Positions 38,511 to 47,676 of a stretch of 64,000 bases of DNA are shown piece by piece. This stretch comes from a virus. The position numbers were made by a program, and so were the translations under genes. Under the pieces are notes generated by a model. The model saw nothing but the letters and a program-made list of their open reading frames with translations, searched no databases and had not been told where the DNA came from. Every line of letters begins with the position of its first letter. The stretch's first letter is position 1. Where the stretch lies: positions 5,129 through 69,128 of IMG/VR virus record IMGVR_UViG_3300025577_000001. The stretch is one strand, 5' to 3'.

Positions 38511-39710
38511 CTACACCTCCGGGTCAAAGCCGACCGGTTCGCCCGCGCCGCGCAATGTTCTAAAGACGATGCCTGTACTATCAACCAGTTCAACCGATAG
38601 CGAGTAAGCAATAGGCAATGTGTAATCGTTGGGCATTGGCAAATTTTGCAAGCCGCCGTTAAGCCTTAGCTCATCTATAAATTCGATGCCGCTTACAAAT
38701 CTCATCTGATACGCCACTTCGGTAATCAGTAAGTCCGTGCCTGGGTCATACGACGCTGGTGATAGATACTGGCTCAAGCCGTCCCACAACGCATCAGCGA
38801 CTTGATTCGCTTCGACGCCTGGCAATAGATGCGCAATCACTTCGGCTTCTATTTCTAACGTCTGCATCGGCGATACATACAGAGACGTGCCAAGCATGAT
38901 GCGCGGCGATAGCTCGGCAATCACATCAGCTTGCAATGATGCATTAGCAGGCTCACCGGTCGCCGCCAAACAAAATAAATGCACCGCGCCGATCTGCTCA
39001 CTCACCGCGTCAGCGCCCAGCAAGCCGATCGCCTTGGCTTTAGAGCCTGCACCCATGATGTCCTCAGCGCGCCCTTCAAAGTCGGACGCGCTAACAGGCG
39101 ATCTATCCCTAAGCGCCAGCAGCCCGCGATTTATAGCGGCTTCTACATTTTCAGACGCCGCGCCGCCTTGCGATGGCGAGGTATTCGTGACGCCCGCTAG
39201 AAAGGTAAGCGGCTGCGTCAACTGCGTAATCGTATACGCGCCTAGGTTATAGCTAGCGCCGACTTCCTTGGCCGTCGCAGTAACAGTGCCCGTCAATTGC
39301 CCAGATGCAATCGTCAGCACCGCATCTGTATAAAAAGACTTGTCGCCGCTTGCGCTTAGCACTTCAAACCCTTTAGGGATTTGGTAAGGCGTTGGCCGCG
39401 CAGATGTTAACGAAAAAGTCAACGCCGCACTAGCCTTGGCTCCAAGCTGTCGCCGCACGCCCGTCAATTCCAGCAGCTTCACCACTAACGCCAGCGGCAC
39501 ATTGTTCACCGCGTAAAGCAATTCTGCAATCGCAAATGCTGTCGCCCTCAAGAACACGCCGAGCGGGCCATGATCGCTAAAATCATTTAGCTGGCCAAGG
39601 CTTCTCGCCGCGACTACATTTTGAGCCGCTTGATATAATTCTTCCTCATTTCTCCCGTCGATAAGAGGCGTATACAGCCCGATTGATTCAGAGTCTATAG
39701 TATCTGCCAT
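38511..39710 (-). CDS. Baseplate J-like protein
   Basis: LLELTGVRR..GAKA, ATAKEVGASYN, VTNTSPSQGG...E, PVSASDFE. Confidence 0.88.
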   Translation of the reverse strand: MADTIDSESIGLYTPLIDGRNEEELYQAAQNVVAARSLGQLNDFSDHGPLGVFLRATAFAIAELLYAVNNVPLALVVKLLELTGVRRQLGAKASAALTFSLTSARPTPYQIPKGFEVLSASGDKSFYTDAVLTIASGQLTGTVTATAKEVGASYNLGAYTITQLTQPLTFLAGVTNTSPSQGGAASENVEAAINRGLLALRDRSPVSASDFEGRAEDIMGAGSKAKAIGLLGADAVSEQIGAVHLFCLAATGEPANASLQADVIAELSPRIMLGTSLYVSPMQTLEIEAEVIAHLLPGVEANQVADALWDGLSQYLSPASYDPGTDLLITEVAYQMRFVSGIEFIDELRLNGGLQNLPMPNDYTLPIAYSLSVELVDSTGIVFRTLRGAGEPVGFDPEV

Positions 39711-39780
39711 AAATCTTGTTAGCGCCTCTTATTCGTTGCGTGAGCGCTTAATGCGCGTCGATTATTGTAAATAGATCGGG

Positions 39781-40122
39781 TCAGGTCACCAAGATCGAGT
39801 CTTGAGCGACGCCGTTAAATTGCCAGTCAATTTGCAGTCCTAACGCGCCATCGTCGCCAATCTCACCGGCGACGCTGATTGAAGCTTGTGGGATATACGC
39901 CGTCATCTGACGCGATACATACGAACTATATTCAGCGGCGCTGCGTTGTGACTCGAAGAGAGCGCCGCTGATTCCGTACTCTGGCCGCATCGGATTCTCA
40001 GACGGCTCAATTTCTAGCATCGAGACAATATGATCGGCAATCAATTCTTCATCGCAGCTCAGCGATAAGTTGCCATCTACTATTGCCAACGGATAAGAAA
40101 CGCCCTGAATGAATTTCGACAT
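39781..40122 (-). CDS. Baseplate wedge gp25/gpW-like protein
   Basis: GVSYPL...EPSENPMRPEYG..LFE; probable ATG at 40122. Confidence 0.8.
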   Translation of the reverse strand: MSKFIQGVSYPLAIVDGNLSLSCDEELIADHIVSMLEIEPSENPMRPEYGISGALFESQRSAAEYSSYVSRQMTAYIPQASISVAGEIGDDGALGLQIDWQFNGVAQDSILVT

Positions 40123-40228
40123 ATGCGCGGCTATAAAAAACGGCGGCCAAGAAAACGAGGTAGGAACACCAAAACTTGGCCGCCTACTTTGTAAGTCCTT
40201 CAGATTTTGCCATCTGACAAATATCAAA

Positions 40229-40464
40229 GCTCAACTGTCTACTGTCCACTGGCACCCGGCGCGCCCCTATCAACGATATTCAAAATATGATTCTGGGATG
40301 GCTTGTCGAGTGCTGAATCCTGAGTCTAGAAAGACAACAGAATCTTATATATCTCTATTATAAGGATCTGTTGTCTTTCGATCTGTTGTCTTTTTCGTAT
40401 GTAAGTATTGATATATCAGCGTTTGAGCGTCTAGGTTCAAAAAAGGCCGATCTGTTGTCTTTTT
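40229..40464. repeat. Dispersed origin-like element, copy 4
   Basis: AAAGACAACAGAATCTTATA-tatctctat-TATAAGGATCTGTTGTCTTT plus two more boxes. Confidence 0.9.
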
Positions 40465-40592
40465 CGAGCGCAGCAGCCAGATTTTCAGGCTGAGCCAGTG
40501 GCAGATCAGTGCAAAAATCGGCCTATCATTTACGCTTTGATGGCCCTTAAATCTTGCTCAATTTAGCCAACTGGCACAATGGGTTTCAACTA

Positions 40593-41204
40593 TCACCATC
40601 CCTTAGTCGCCAAAGAATCGCCGCCCGTATCGACAGCGCCGAGTGTCGTAATTTGCTTCCCGCCAACGCTGAGCGAAGACGTTGTGAATGCAATAGCGCC
40701 CGCTAGATTTATACGATTGCCGCTGCCGTCCGTGATGATGACATTGCCATTGTCGGCCAGTGTGATAGATGCCCCTGCATCATTTCGCAGCGTCAATGAC
40801 TGACCGACATTTATCACCCGGTCTCCGTCAGTGCGTTCGTCCTGTCGCCCTTCGGTAACGGCTGAGAAGTCTAGTTGAGGATCGGGCTTATCGTGTGGCG
40901 GATTTGGTGCGTTTACGCAGACCATCCACCACCCATTGAGCGGATCGCCGTCAATGCTCATCACTAGAATCGTTTGTCCTATCTTTGGCAATGGCGGATC
41001 TAGATTTGGATGAGTGCTCAGCCGCCTTAGCCAATGCGTCTCGGTGCCGGGCGAAGTGGGGGCCGCTGCCTTTACGCGCCGGGCCTTAGTCGGATCGTCG
41101 TTGTTCGTGACGACGGCTAGATAAGGCATGAACGCCCGGCCCTTTAGGTCGAGTCCTTCAGATGCCGCTTGATTGGCTTGATGTAATGTTTTGAAGAATT
41201 CCAT
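40593..41204 (-). CDS. Baseplate spike gpV-like protein
   Basis: AVVTNNDDP...RVK...WLRR...PKIGQTILV..DGDP OB-fold, followed by beta-repeats. Confidence 0.85.
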   Translation of the reverse strand: MEFFKTLHQANQAASEGLDLKGRAFMPYLAVVTNNDDPTKARRVKAAAPTSPGTETHWLRRLSTHPNLDPPLPKIGQTILVMSIDGDPLNGWWMVCVNAPNPPHDKPDPQLDFSAVTEGRQDERTDGDRVINVGQSLTLRNDAGASITLADNGNVIITDGSGNRINLAGAIAFTTSSLSVGGKQITTLGAVDTGGDSLATKGW

Positions 41205-41261
41205 AGATACCTATTAGTGCGGGCGCTAATATAAGTGTGAAACTTATTTACCATTATTCCA

Positions 41262-41681
41262 ATGTTAGCAAACAATAGCCCGGCATCCGCTACATCTGCA
41301 CCCGAAACCGTCCATCATCCTAAGCACTATAGCGGCGCGTCTGATGATGGCCGCGTGCTATTGCCCGCCCTAGGGTTCACGTCAAGTGACCTAAACCTAG
41401 AATGCATCGCGGCAATGGAGAAGATAGAGCACAGATGGCTCGCGAATTCGTTCCATCTTGGCAACGCTGTCAAGTACGTATGGCGCGCAGGCGTTAAGCC
41501 TAATCAGTCAAAGCTTAAGGACTTACAAAAGGCGCTATGGTACTGCGATCGGCTTTCCGCGTGGGAGCTATCGCCCTTGCCAGTTATGCGCAATAGACGC
41601 TTCTCTATCTTTCACACACGGCTGCAATATGCCGTGAAAATGGCTGAACTATATAGCACTGAAAAACCTAAGCCCGTCTAG
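41262..41681 (+). CDS. DUF3310 family protein
   Basis: VHHPKHY...ECI...FHLGNAVKYVWRAGVK...DLQKALWY. Confidence 0.85.
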   Translation: MLANNSPASATSAPETVHHPKHYSGASDDGRVLLPALGFTSSDLNLECIAAMEKIEHRWLANSFHLGNAVKYVWRAGVKPNQSKLKDLQKALWYCDRLSAWELSPLPVMRNRRFSIFHTRLQYAVKMAELYSTEKPKPV

Positions 41682-41734
41682 GCATGGCGCAAACGCTAAC
41701 AATGTAGAAAAACTAAAGAAGGAGCGATCGCGCA

Positions 41735-41884
41735 ATGAAAACTATCAGGAATAAACGCCGCAATCGCTGGCGAGTAAAGCAGTCAAAGCGAAGGCTTGAT
41801 GCTTGGTACGATTCTTTCTATGGCTATAGCGAGATCGATGAATACTACGATCCTGAGGAATGGGACTCTCAATTGAAAACCTGA
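41735..41884 (+). CDS. 49-aa peptide, basic N-half and acidic C-half
   Basis: AAGGAG RBS; MKTIRNKRRNRWRVKQSKRRLDAWYDSFYGYSEIDEYYDPEEWDSQLKT (manual translation). Confidence 0.5.
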   Translation: MKTIRNKRRNRWRVKQSKRRLDAWYDSFYGYSEIDEYYDPEEWDSQLKT

Positions 41885-42089
41885 TGACATCCCTACACAA
41901 TCGCAGCGTCAGGTGTTAGGATGAACTTGTAATTTATAAGAGGCAGGAGGGCTGAAGTATAGAGAAAAGTAACCTGAACACACGCTTATGCAAGATAGAC
42001 TCAAAGCCGAAGTAGTTAACTACTTCGGCTTTTTTTCAATAGCCCGGTCAGGTATCTGACCGGGCTATTGCTTCAGCTAGGGGAGCATG

Positions 42090-43622
42090 TTAAACCTTGA
42101 CCAACGTCGCCGGATTGATAGCCGTCCCGTTGAGTCTGATCTCCCAATGTAAATGCACACCCCTTGACGCGCCGCTATTGCCTTCCTCTCCCACCTTTTG
42201 CCCTTGCTTTACCTGTTCGCCTTCGCTGACGCTGACGGCACTTAGGTGGGCGTATCGGGTTTCATAGCCGTCTGCGTGCGTGATATAGACATGATTACCA
42301 TATCCGCCGCCGCAGCCATCAGACGCGCTGAAAGGTGGGCAACCATTCACGCGGCGACTAACGACGCCATCAGCAGACGCCCATATCGTCGCGCCCGGCA
42401 CGGATGACGCTAAGTCAACGCCCTTATGCAATCGCCCTCTACGCGGGCCAAATGGCGATGTCAGGACACCGTTACTAGGCTTGATAAATCCGCCCGCATT
42501 AAGTGGCGGCACATCGCCTGAGCTAACACCGCCGCCGCTAGTGCTTATCGCTTCGGGTGGTGGCTGCGGATATTTATTACGCATTGGGCTATACATAGTC
42601 GCCGTCGTCTCAAAGCCTGATTGCCCCAGCGAGTGCGTGATGGAATCTAGCACCCACATCCGATCTATTTGTTCACTGATACCTTCGACCATCACAGGCT
42701 GATCAGGATCTAGCGTCAGTAATGCGGGCGTCGTCGGCGCTGACCACGAGCACTTGATTCCTTTAATGCGCGTCTCATTACTTTGCCTTGTGCTATCAGC
42801 CGCGTCTGTGTCGCCCATTGTTAGCGGTGCGGCGACAGACGTTGCAGAGCCTGTCGTAAATTCTTCAGGCGTCTCACCTGCGCCGATCAGATTCTCTGGA
42901 TTCACCGCGACCATCTCACCACTTGCCGGATCGACAATTACTTTACGCTGACCGGTCGGCGTGCGATCGGATGGATCGCTTGAGCGAGCGCCGCCGCTGC
43001 CCTCACCTTGCGCTTCATGCGTCAGTGAAAAGCTAAGCCCTAAGTTATCGGCATAGGCTAATAAAAATGCAGGCTTCTCGGTGCGCTCTCCTATCGTCAG
43101 CGTTCGGCCCTGGCACTTGACCCGGTAGCCAATGCGTCGGCATTCACTTAGTAAGGCTTCATAGTCCGTCAAGCCGCGTTGTGGAAAGTATTCATAACGC
43201 GGCCCATCTGCTTCCATATCGAGCAATAGCCCGTGCGCGTCGCACACCTTTGTTGCCAGCTGCTTGAGCGTAATATTTTGATAAGCCGTATTCTTCCGAC
43301 GCTGCGTCAGCACCCAAGTCGCCGCCGATCCCGATATGCCAACGCTGTCATGGTCAAAGCGCGAATAGTCAAGCCCGGTATGGAGAAAGCTATAAGCCGC
43401 CACGACATCGCCATTAAACCCTAGCTCTACAGTAATCTGTGAACCCGCTAACGCCGCCGCGCGTTCCTTCGTGGGCGGCTTATCGGCGGCGGCTTCGACA
43501 CTTTCGACAGCACTAGCTGCCGCTTCGACGCTTTCGCCATATGCTGCCTGACGCTCTTTGAAAAACGCGATCGCCTCGGAATAAGAGACAGTGCCCTGCC
43601 CTGAATATCGATATTGAGACAT
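42090..43622 (-). CDS. Baseplate hub (gpD-like) C-terminal part with M23 peptidase
   Basis: YQNITLKQLA..VC..HGL, QRGLTDYEALL..CRRIGY, LDSITH; M23 motifs HKGVD, YAHL, HLHWE. Confidence 0.8.
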   Translation of the reverse strand: MSQYRYSGQGTVSYSEAIAFFKERQAAYGESVEAAASAVESVEAAADKPPTKERAAALAGSQITVELGFNGDVVAAYSFLHTGLDYSRFDHDSVGISGSAATWVLTQRRKNTAYQNITLKQLATKVCDAHGLLLDMEADGPRYEYFPQRGLTDYEALLSECRRIGYRVKCQGRTLTIGERTEKPAFLLAYADNLGLSFSLTHEAQGEGSGGARSSDPSDRTPTGQRKVIVDPASGEMVAVNPENLIGAGETPEEFTTGSATSVAAPLTMGDTDAADSTRQSNETRIKGIKCSWSAPTTPALLTLDPDQPVMVEGISEQIDRMWVLDSITHSLGQSGFETTATMYSPMRNKYPQPPPEAISTSGGGVSSGDVPPLNAGGFIKPSNGVLTSPFGPRRGRLHKGVDLASSVPGATIWASADGVVSRRVNGCPPFSASDGCGGGYGNHVYITHADGYETRYAHLSAVSVSEGEQVKQGQKVGEEGNSGASRGVHLHWEIRLNGTAINPATLVKV

Positions 43623-43680
43623 TGAAAAACCTTGTAATCCTTACAGGGAAATGAGTTCAACTAATTTCAGAAATAAATAT

Positions 43681-43852
43681 AAAACTCCTTTACATCTGAA
43701 AATAGACGCGCTATAATAGATTCATACACGGAGACAACCGATAGCCAAAGCCGAGTCACTAAGTTCCGTCCAGAGAGTCAACGCAGACTGGACTGCCCAA
43801 CGCCGAGTGATGTAGCTGACAAACACTAACCCCGCCCCGGCGGGGTTTTTTA
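43681..43852 (+). ncRNA. Promoter-bounded ~130-nt transcript (sRNA or 24-codon mini-ORF)
   Basis: TTTACA-17nt-TATAAT (43689-43717) and terminator AACCCCGCCCCGGCGGGGTTTTTT; GGAG followed by an ATA-started 24-codon frame. Confidence 0.55.
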
Positions 43853-43869
43853 ATGGGCGTCGGCGGGGA

Positions 43870-44505
43870 TCATGGTGCATAGGGCAGTGCGGCCCATTCC
43901 CAGGCTAATCCAGTGACGCCGCCCGTGCCTGCTAACGCTGCGGCGATGTCACCCGCCTCTATTGCCGCACGCGCGCCCCTGCGTTCGATAAGCCTTACAC
44001 ATACCGCATCTTGAGACTTGGGGCCAAAGTCGGGCGCATCGCCCTTAAATTCATTCCAGGTGCGGCCCTGTATCTGATAGCGGCCCGCAGGCGTCAACGA
44101 TCCTGGTGATGGATGGTTAGCTAGGCTTGGTAAAGTGCCGCCGCCAAACGCCGTGTTATAGCCGCCATTAGGCCCTGATTCTGCCAGGCCAATTAAATCT
44201 AATGCGGCGCGCATGTTGGCGCTCAGACTGCCGTCAGCCGTGCCTGAGCCAGCGCCAGCTCCTGTCGTCGTCTTTCTAGGCTCAGGCTTATTGAGCGGTT
44301 CTAAGCCTTCTATCTCTTCGATATAGGCCAACAGGGCGTCGATTAGCTTGCGCCCTGGGTCGTATAAGGTGGCGTCGCAATTATTCGAGTTTTCGCCCTC
44401 GCCTAGCGTGACGGCGACAGACTTTAGATAGCCGTCGCCCCAGGCGAAGACGCGATCGCCTAGCGTCAGTTTTGCGTATGGTGAGATTGTGTTTATTCGT
44501 GGCAT
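43870..44505 (-). CDS. Hub N-terminal part with lambda-R-like muramidase (C-terminally truncated)
   Basis: LDLIGLAESG..GYN..FGG...AGRYQI..TW...DFGPKSQD...RRGA...EWAALP. Confidence 0.8.
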   Translation of the reverse strand: MPRINTISPYAKLTLGDRVFAWGDGYLKSVAVTLGEGENSNNCDATLYDPGRKLIDALLAYIEEIEGLEPLNKPEPRKTTTGAGAGSGTADGSLSANMRAALDLIGLAESGPNGGYNTAFGGGTLPSLANHPSPGSLTPAGRYQIQGRTWNEFKGDAPDFGPKSQDAVCVRLIERRGARAAIEAGDIAAALAGTGGVTGLAWEWAALPYAP

Positions 44506-44508
44506 ATG

Positions 44509-45369
44509 TTAACCAGCCAATAAGGATAACAACGGTAGCATCGCCGCTTGGTTCTTTTGCGTAGAGCGATCGCATATCCACAGCACCTCAGTGCGGGCAT
44601 TGTCGCAATTCGTCCTATTCTTTGCCACGCTGCAATATGAAGCAATATCAACACGCCGCTGGCAAGATTCCGGCATCACATCACCTTGATCGTAGCAGCT
44701 CAAAACGTAGCTACCTTGAATGCTGTCTAGCTTTCGGCAAAGGTTGCTAAAGTCATTAATTGTATAGCCGCTGTAGTGTTCGCACCGAGTGCCAACATAG
44801 GGCGGATCGCAATAAAACAAAGCGTCGGGCGCGTCCCACCTTTCGATGAAGGACAAGGCGTCTGAATTATCGATGTGAACAGAATTCAGCCGCGCAATGC
44901 TTTCACTAAAGGCGCTTCTCTTGTTGGCCCATATCGCCCCTAGGTTTGCACCTTTTACGGCATAGCCCCAGCTGCCATTCACGCTTTTGGCGAAAGACAT
45001 AGAAATGTTGACGACTAACGCCCATGCCCTTTCTAGATCGCTAGCCGATGCGCCCTTGCATATCTCTACGGCTCGGCCATGCTCTGTCCGGCTATAGGGC
45101 GTTAGCGCTAGCATTTGCTCTAAAGCTGCACCATCTGACCTAGCAACGCGGTAAAGGTTCGTCACTAGGTCGTTAGTATCGTTCAATGCTTCCCTGTAAG
45201 AGTCCCTATTACTGACAATCGGGAGAGGTTTCTTGAACAGCACCGCAGCGCCGCCACAAAACGGCTCTGCGTATATGTTGTGCGGAATCTTTTGCAACTC
45301 TGCAACAATGCGCGATGCCATGCGCTGTTTGCCGCCGTAATAGCTGATTAAAGGCTTAGGTGTTTTCAT
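44509..45369 (-). CDS. Dam-family (D12) DNA adenine methyltransferase
   Basis: YYGGKQ, YAEPFCGG, LND, FYCDPPY. Confidence 0.9.
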   Translation of the reverse strand: MKTPKPLISYYGGKQRMASRIVAELQKIPHNIYAEPFCGGAAVLFKKPLPIVSNRDSYREALNDTNDLVTNLYRVARSDGAALEQMLALTPYSRTEHGRAVEICKGASASDLERAWALVVNISMSFAKSVNGSWGYAVKGANLGAIWANKRSAFSESIARLNSVHIDNSDALSFIERWDAPDALFYCDPPYVGTRCEHYSGYTINDFSNLCRKLDSIQGSYVLSCYDQGDVMPESCQRRVDIASYCSVAKNRTNCDNARTEVLWICDRSTQKNQAAMLPLLSLLAG

Positions 45370-45370
45370 A

Positions 45371-45667
45371 TCACAGCACCCAGCTAATAAGTTGCGTCGC
45401 CGCCGCCGCTGACGGCTGTTTAAGCCCGCTCAGCGATAGCGCGGCTATGCGTTCATTCACGCTCAGAACGCCGCGCTCTATCGCCGCACTGACTTCATTC
45501 AGGCTAGGGATATCGATCTTCTCGCCAATGGGTAAAGCTTCAAATATATTCAAATCGTTAGCTGCGGCAATGTCTCTGAAATTGCCAACGTTGCCATAGA
45601 CACGATGCGCCAGCTTATCAAGGCTATCGCCCGCTTCGACGACGATCTCAGTTATCTCACTACTCAC
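45371..45667 (-). CDS. LysM / tail X-like protein
   Basis: VEAGDSLDKLAHRVYGNVGNFRDIAAAN...GEKIDIP; probable GTG start at 45667. Confidence 0.8.
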   Translation of the reverse strand: MSSEITEIVVEAGDSLDKLAHRVYGNVGNFRDIAAANDLNIFEALPIGEKIDIPSLNEVSAAIERGVLSVNERIAALSLSGLKQPSAAAATQLISWVL

Positions 45668-46403
45668 CAAATAAACCCCGCTCATTCCAAAAATCAAAGC
45701 CGTCCCAGGTGCCCACCGTGCCCAACGTCGTGCCGTCAAGGCCGCTCAGCGTCACAATACCATTAGCCGCCGCTGCTAAGCTGAAACGCTGCGATCCTAT
45801 TGCCGCACGCGCTGCCGGGATAAGCCTATTCGCATTCGCCCTTAAAAACGCCGTTGCCCGTGTCTGCGCCTCAGCCTGTTGCCGCGTCGATAATGCCACG
45901 TCGCCCGTGGGCGCAGTCGGCTCCGTTGCCGCCTCCACGCCCGTCTCGATCAGCTTCACTAGGCTCAGGCTCACACGGGCAATAGCAGGCTCGCCATTCA
46001 GCCAGCCTGTCTCCTGCACAGACATACTCTCTAGCACCGATGGCCCCCATCGCTCAGTACCCCAAACAAAGAATACGCTAGGTGGCGGCTCAGCGGCCCC
46101 TGTGGGCAATAGCAGGGCGTCTAGGTCATCTAGCAGTAATCTGACACTCTTGCCTGCGCAATGGCCATCTAGCAGTAAATCCGGTATCTCTAAGCGCGGG
46201 TTGCCTGTGCGTAAATAATTGAGCGGTGCGCCTGCTATAGCCGCAACTGGCACCTCTCCATACTTCGCATCGCGCGATCGGCTTAGCGATTCTGGATTGT
46301 ACAGGAAAGTTACGATCCCGCCATTGTCGGCGCGCTCTAGCTTTGCCGGGATGCGGGCTATAGCTTCGGCGTCGCTGAGTTGACTTAGTACTTCAGTGTT
46401 CAT
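45660..46403 (-). CDS. Tail tube initiator (CIS tube-like)
   Basis: FLYNPESLSRSR, PPPSVFFVWG, GEPAIARVSLSL. Confidence 0.78.
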   Translation of the reverse strand: MNTEVLSQLSDAEAIARIPAKLERADNGGIVTFLYNPESLSRSRDAKYGEVPVAAIAGAPLNYLRTGNPRLEIPDLLLDGHCAGKSVRLLLDDLDALLLPTGAAEPPPSVFFVWGTERWGPSVLESMSVQETGWLNGEPAIARVSLSLVKLIETGVEAATEPTAPTGDVALSTRQQAEAQTRATAFLRANANRLIPAARAAIGSQRFSLAAAANGIVTLSGLDGTTLGTVGTWDGFDFWNERGLFGE

Positions 46404-46481
46404 GGGTTCTATTTTAAGGGAGTTTGGCCGGTACTGTGCAGCCTTTGGTTCGTTGTGTGGCTTGCTCTGAGAGTATGGCCC

Positions 46482-47160
46482 GTTTCAATCCCTAAGAGGG
46501 TTTCACTATCGTTGCAGCGAGGTGAGGTTTTTCATTTAAGCGACCTCCATCGAGTTTCAATCCCTAAGAGGCTTTCACTATCGTTGCAGCATTCTTTCCA
46601 CTGGTGGGCATCAAAGGACGCCCTGTTTCAATCCCTAAGAGGCTTTCACTATCGTTGCAGCAGGATTCATGGGCGAGCAATAGCAAAGAGCTAGCCGTTT
46701 CAATCCCTAAGAGGCTTTCACTATCGTTGCAGCGGCCAAGAGGCTTTCGATATCATCGCAGGCGAGAGTTTCAATCCCTAAGAGGCTTTCACTATCGTTG
46801 CAGCGTTTGTCCTTCTGTTTTGTGTGATTCAGTTCGCTGTTTCAATCCCTAAGAGGCTTTCACTATCGTTGCAGCTAGTGTCGAGCCACGATAGCGCGAT
46901 CGCCTTGCAGTTTCAATCCCTAAGAGGCTTTCACTATCGTTGCAGCAATAAGGACAAAAACTAATGACTGACATCACCTACGTTTCAATCCCTAAGAGGC
47001 TTTCACTATCGTTGCAGCGAAGGCAATAGCAGGTAATGATTTTATCGTTTGTGTTTCAATCCCTAAGAGGCTTTCACTATCGTTGCAGCTTTTATTGACC
47101 CAGACCCAAGAACCAACCCAGAGGTTTCAATCCCTAAGAGGCTTTCACTATCGTTGCAGC
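46482..47160 (-). CRISPR. CRISPR array: 10 x 37-bp repeats and 9 spacers of 34-35 bp
   Basis: Plus-strand repeat GTTTCAATCCCTAAGAGGCTTTCACTATCGTTGCAGC starts at 46482 (one mismatch), 46554, 46625, 46697, 46768, 46839, 46910, 46982, 47053, 47124. The variant repeat on the left and the leader on the right imply minus-strand transcription (repeat ending ATTGAAAC). Confidence 0.98.
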
Positions 47161-47302
47161 GGCGGCACTCTAGAAGCCAACACTTTCAGGCGCTTCAGAG
47201 GCCACTTGCGCGAATCTCTAAAAAACTAAATAATGAATGCCTGAAAGGATTGATCTTTCGTGCCCTATGAAGCGTACAGCCAGCAGCTCGCGCATTTTCA
47301 AG
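47161..47302 (-). promoter_or_regulatory. CRISPR leader
   Basis: Non-coding; minus strand ...TTCGCGCAAGTGGCCTCTGAAG...GAGTGCCGCC resembles cyanobacterial array leaders; CCTTGAAAA upstream. Confidence 0.6.
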
Positions 47303-47470
47303 GTGAAGCCCCAAGAAAGGGGGGATTGTGATCCATATTTCCGGATCATCTATTCAAGTACTCGCGTGACTTGATTGCTTCCTTGATGTACGCTTGCACG
47401 TCATCTCTCCTCTCGGATCTCAAAGCCATACGGATATAGCGCCGTTGCCGCCCAAACTGCGGTTTCGCTT
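47303..47470 (-). ncRNA. tracrRNA candidate
   Basis: TATAAT at 47482-47477, four consecutive hairpins, then CAATCCC...GGCTTCAC complementary to the repeat segment GTGAAAGCC...GGGATTG. Confidence 0.55.
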
Positions 47471-47676
47471 GGATTCATTATAGCTTACTTTATTCCATTC
47501 TTGTTATTTTCGATTCTGACACCCATATCATTGCAGGCAGCATTACAGGCAAGCTGTGCGCCCCAACATTTACGAAGCCAGGGCATCCATAGTACCCTGG
47601 CAGGGAAATCAAAACTTTGTCGCCAGCCTGTTTCCAGACTTGGTAGTAATGACATTGGTATCGACACCACGAAAAA

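Noticed and set aside
43623-43869. Group I/II intron in the hub-muramidase gene
   Set aside because: No recognisable intron core; the insert is explained by an opposite-strand promoter and terminator, and the downstream half has its own start
46433-46481. Possible degenerate 11th repeat (TGCAGC at 46437-46442) with a terminal spacer
   Set aside because: Only 6 matching bases and a 39-bp gap; too weak to call
46455-46852. Plus-strand ORFs of 79 and 82 aa with repeated VSIPKRLSLSLQ
   Set aside because: They are translations of the CRISPR repeats, not genes
46519-47123. Self-targeting spacers
   Set aside because: No protospacer found in this window by eye; short seed matches and the unseen part of the genome cannot be excluded
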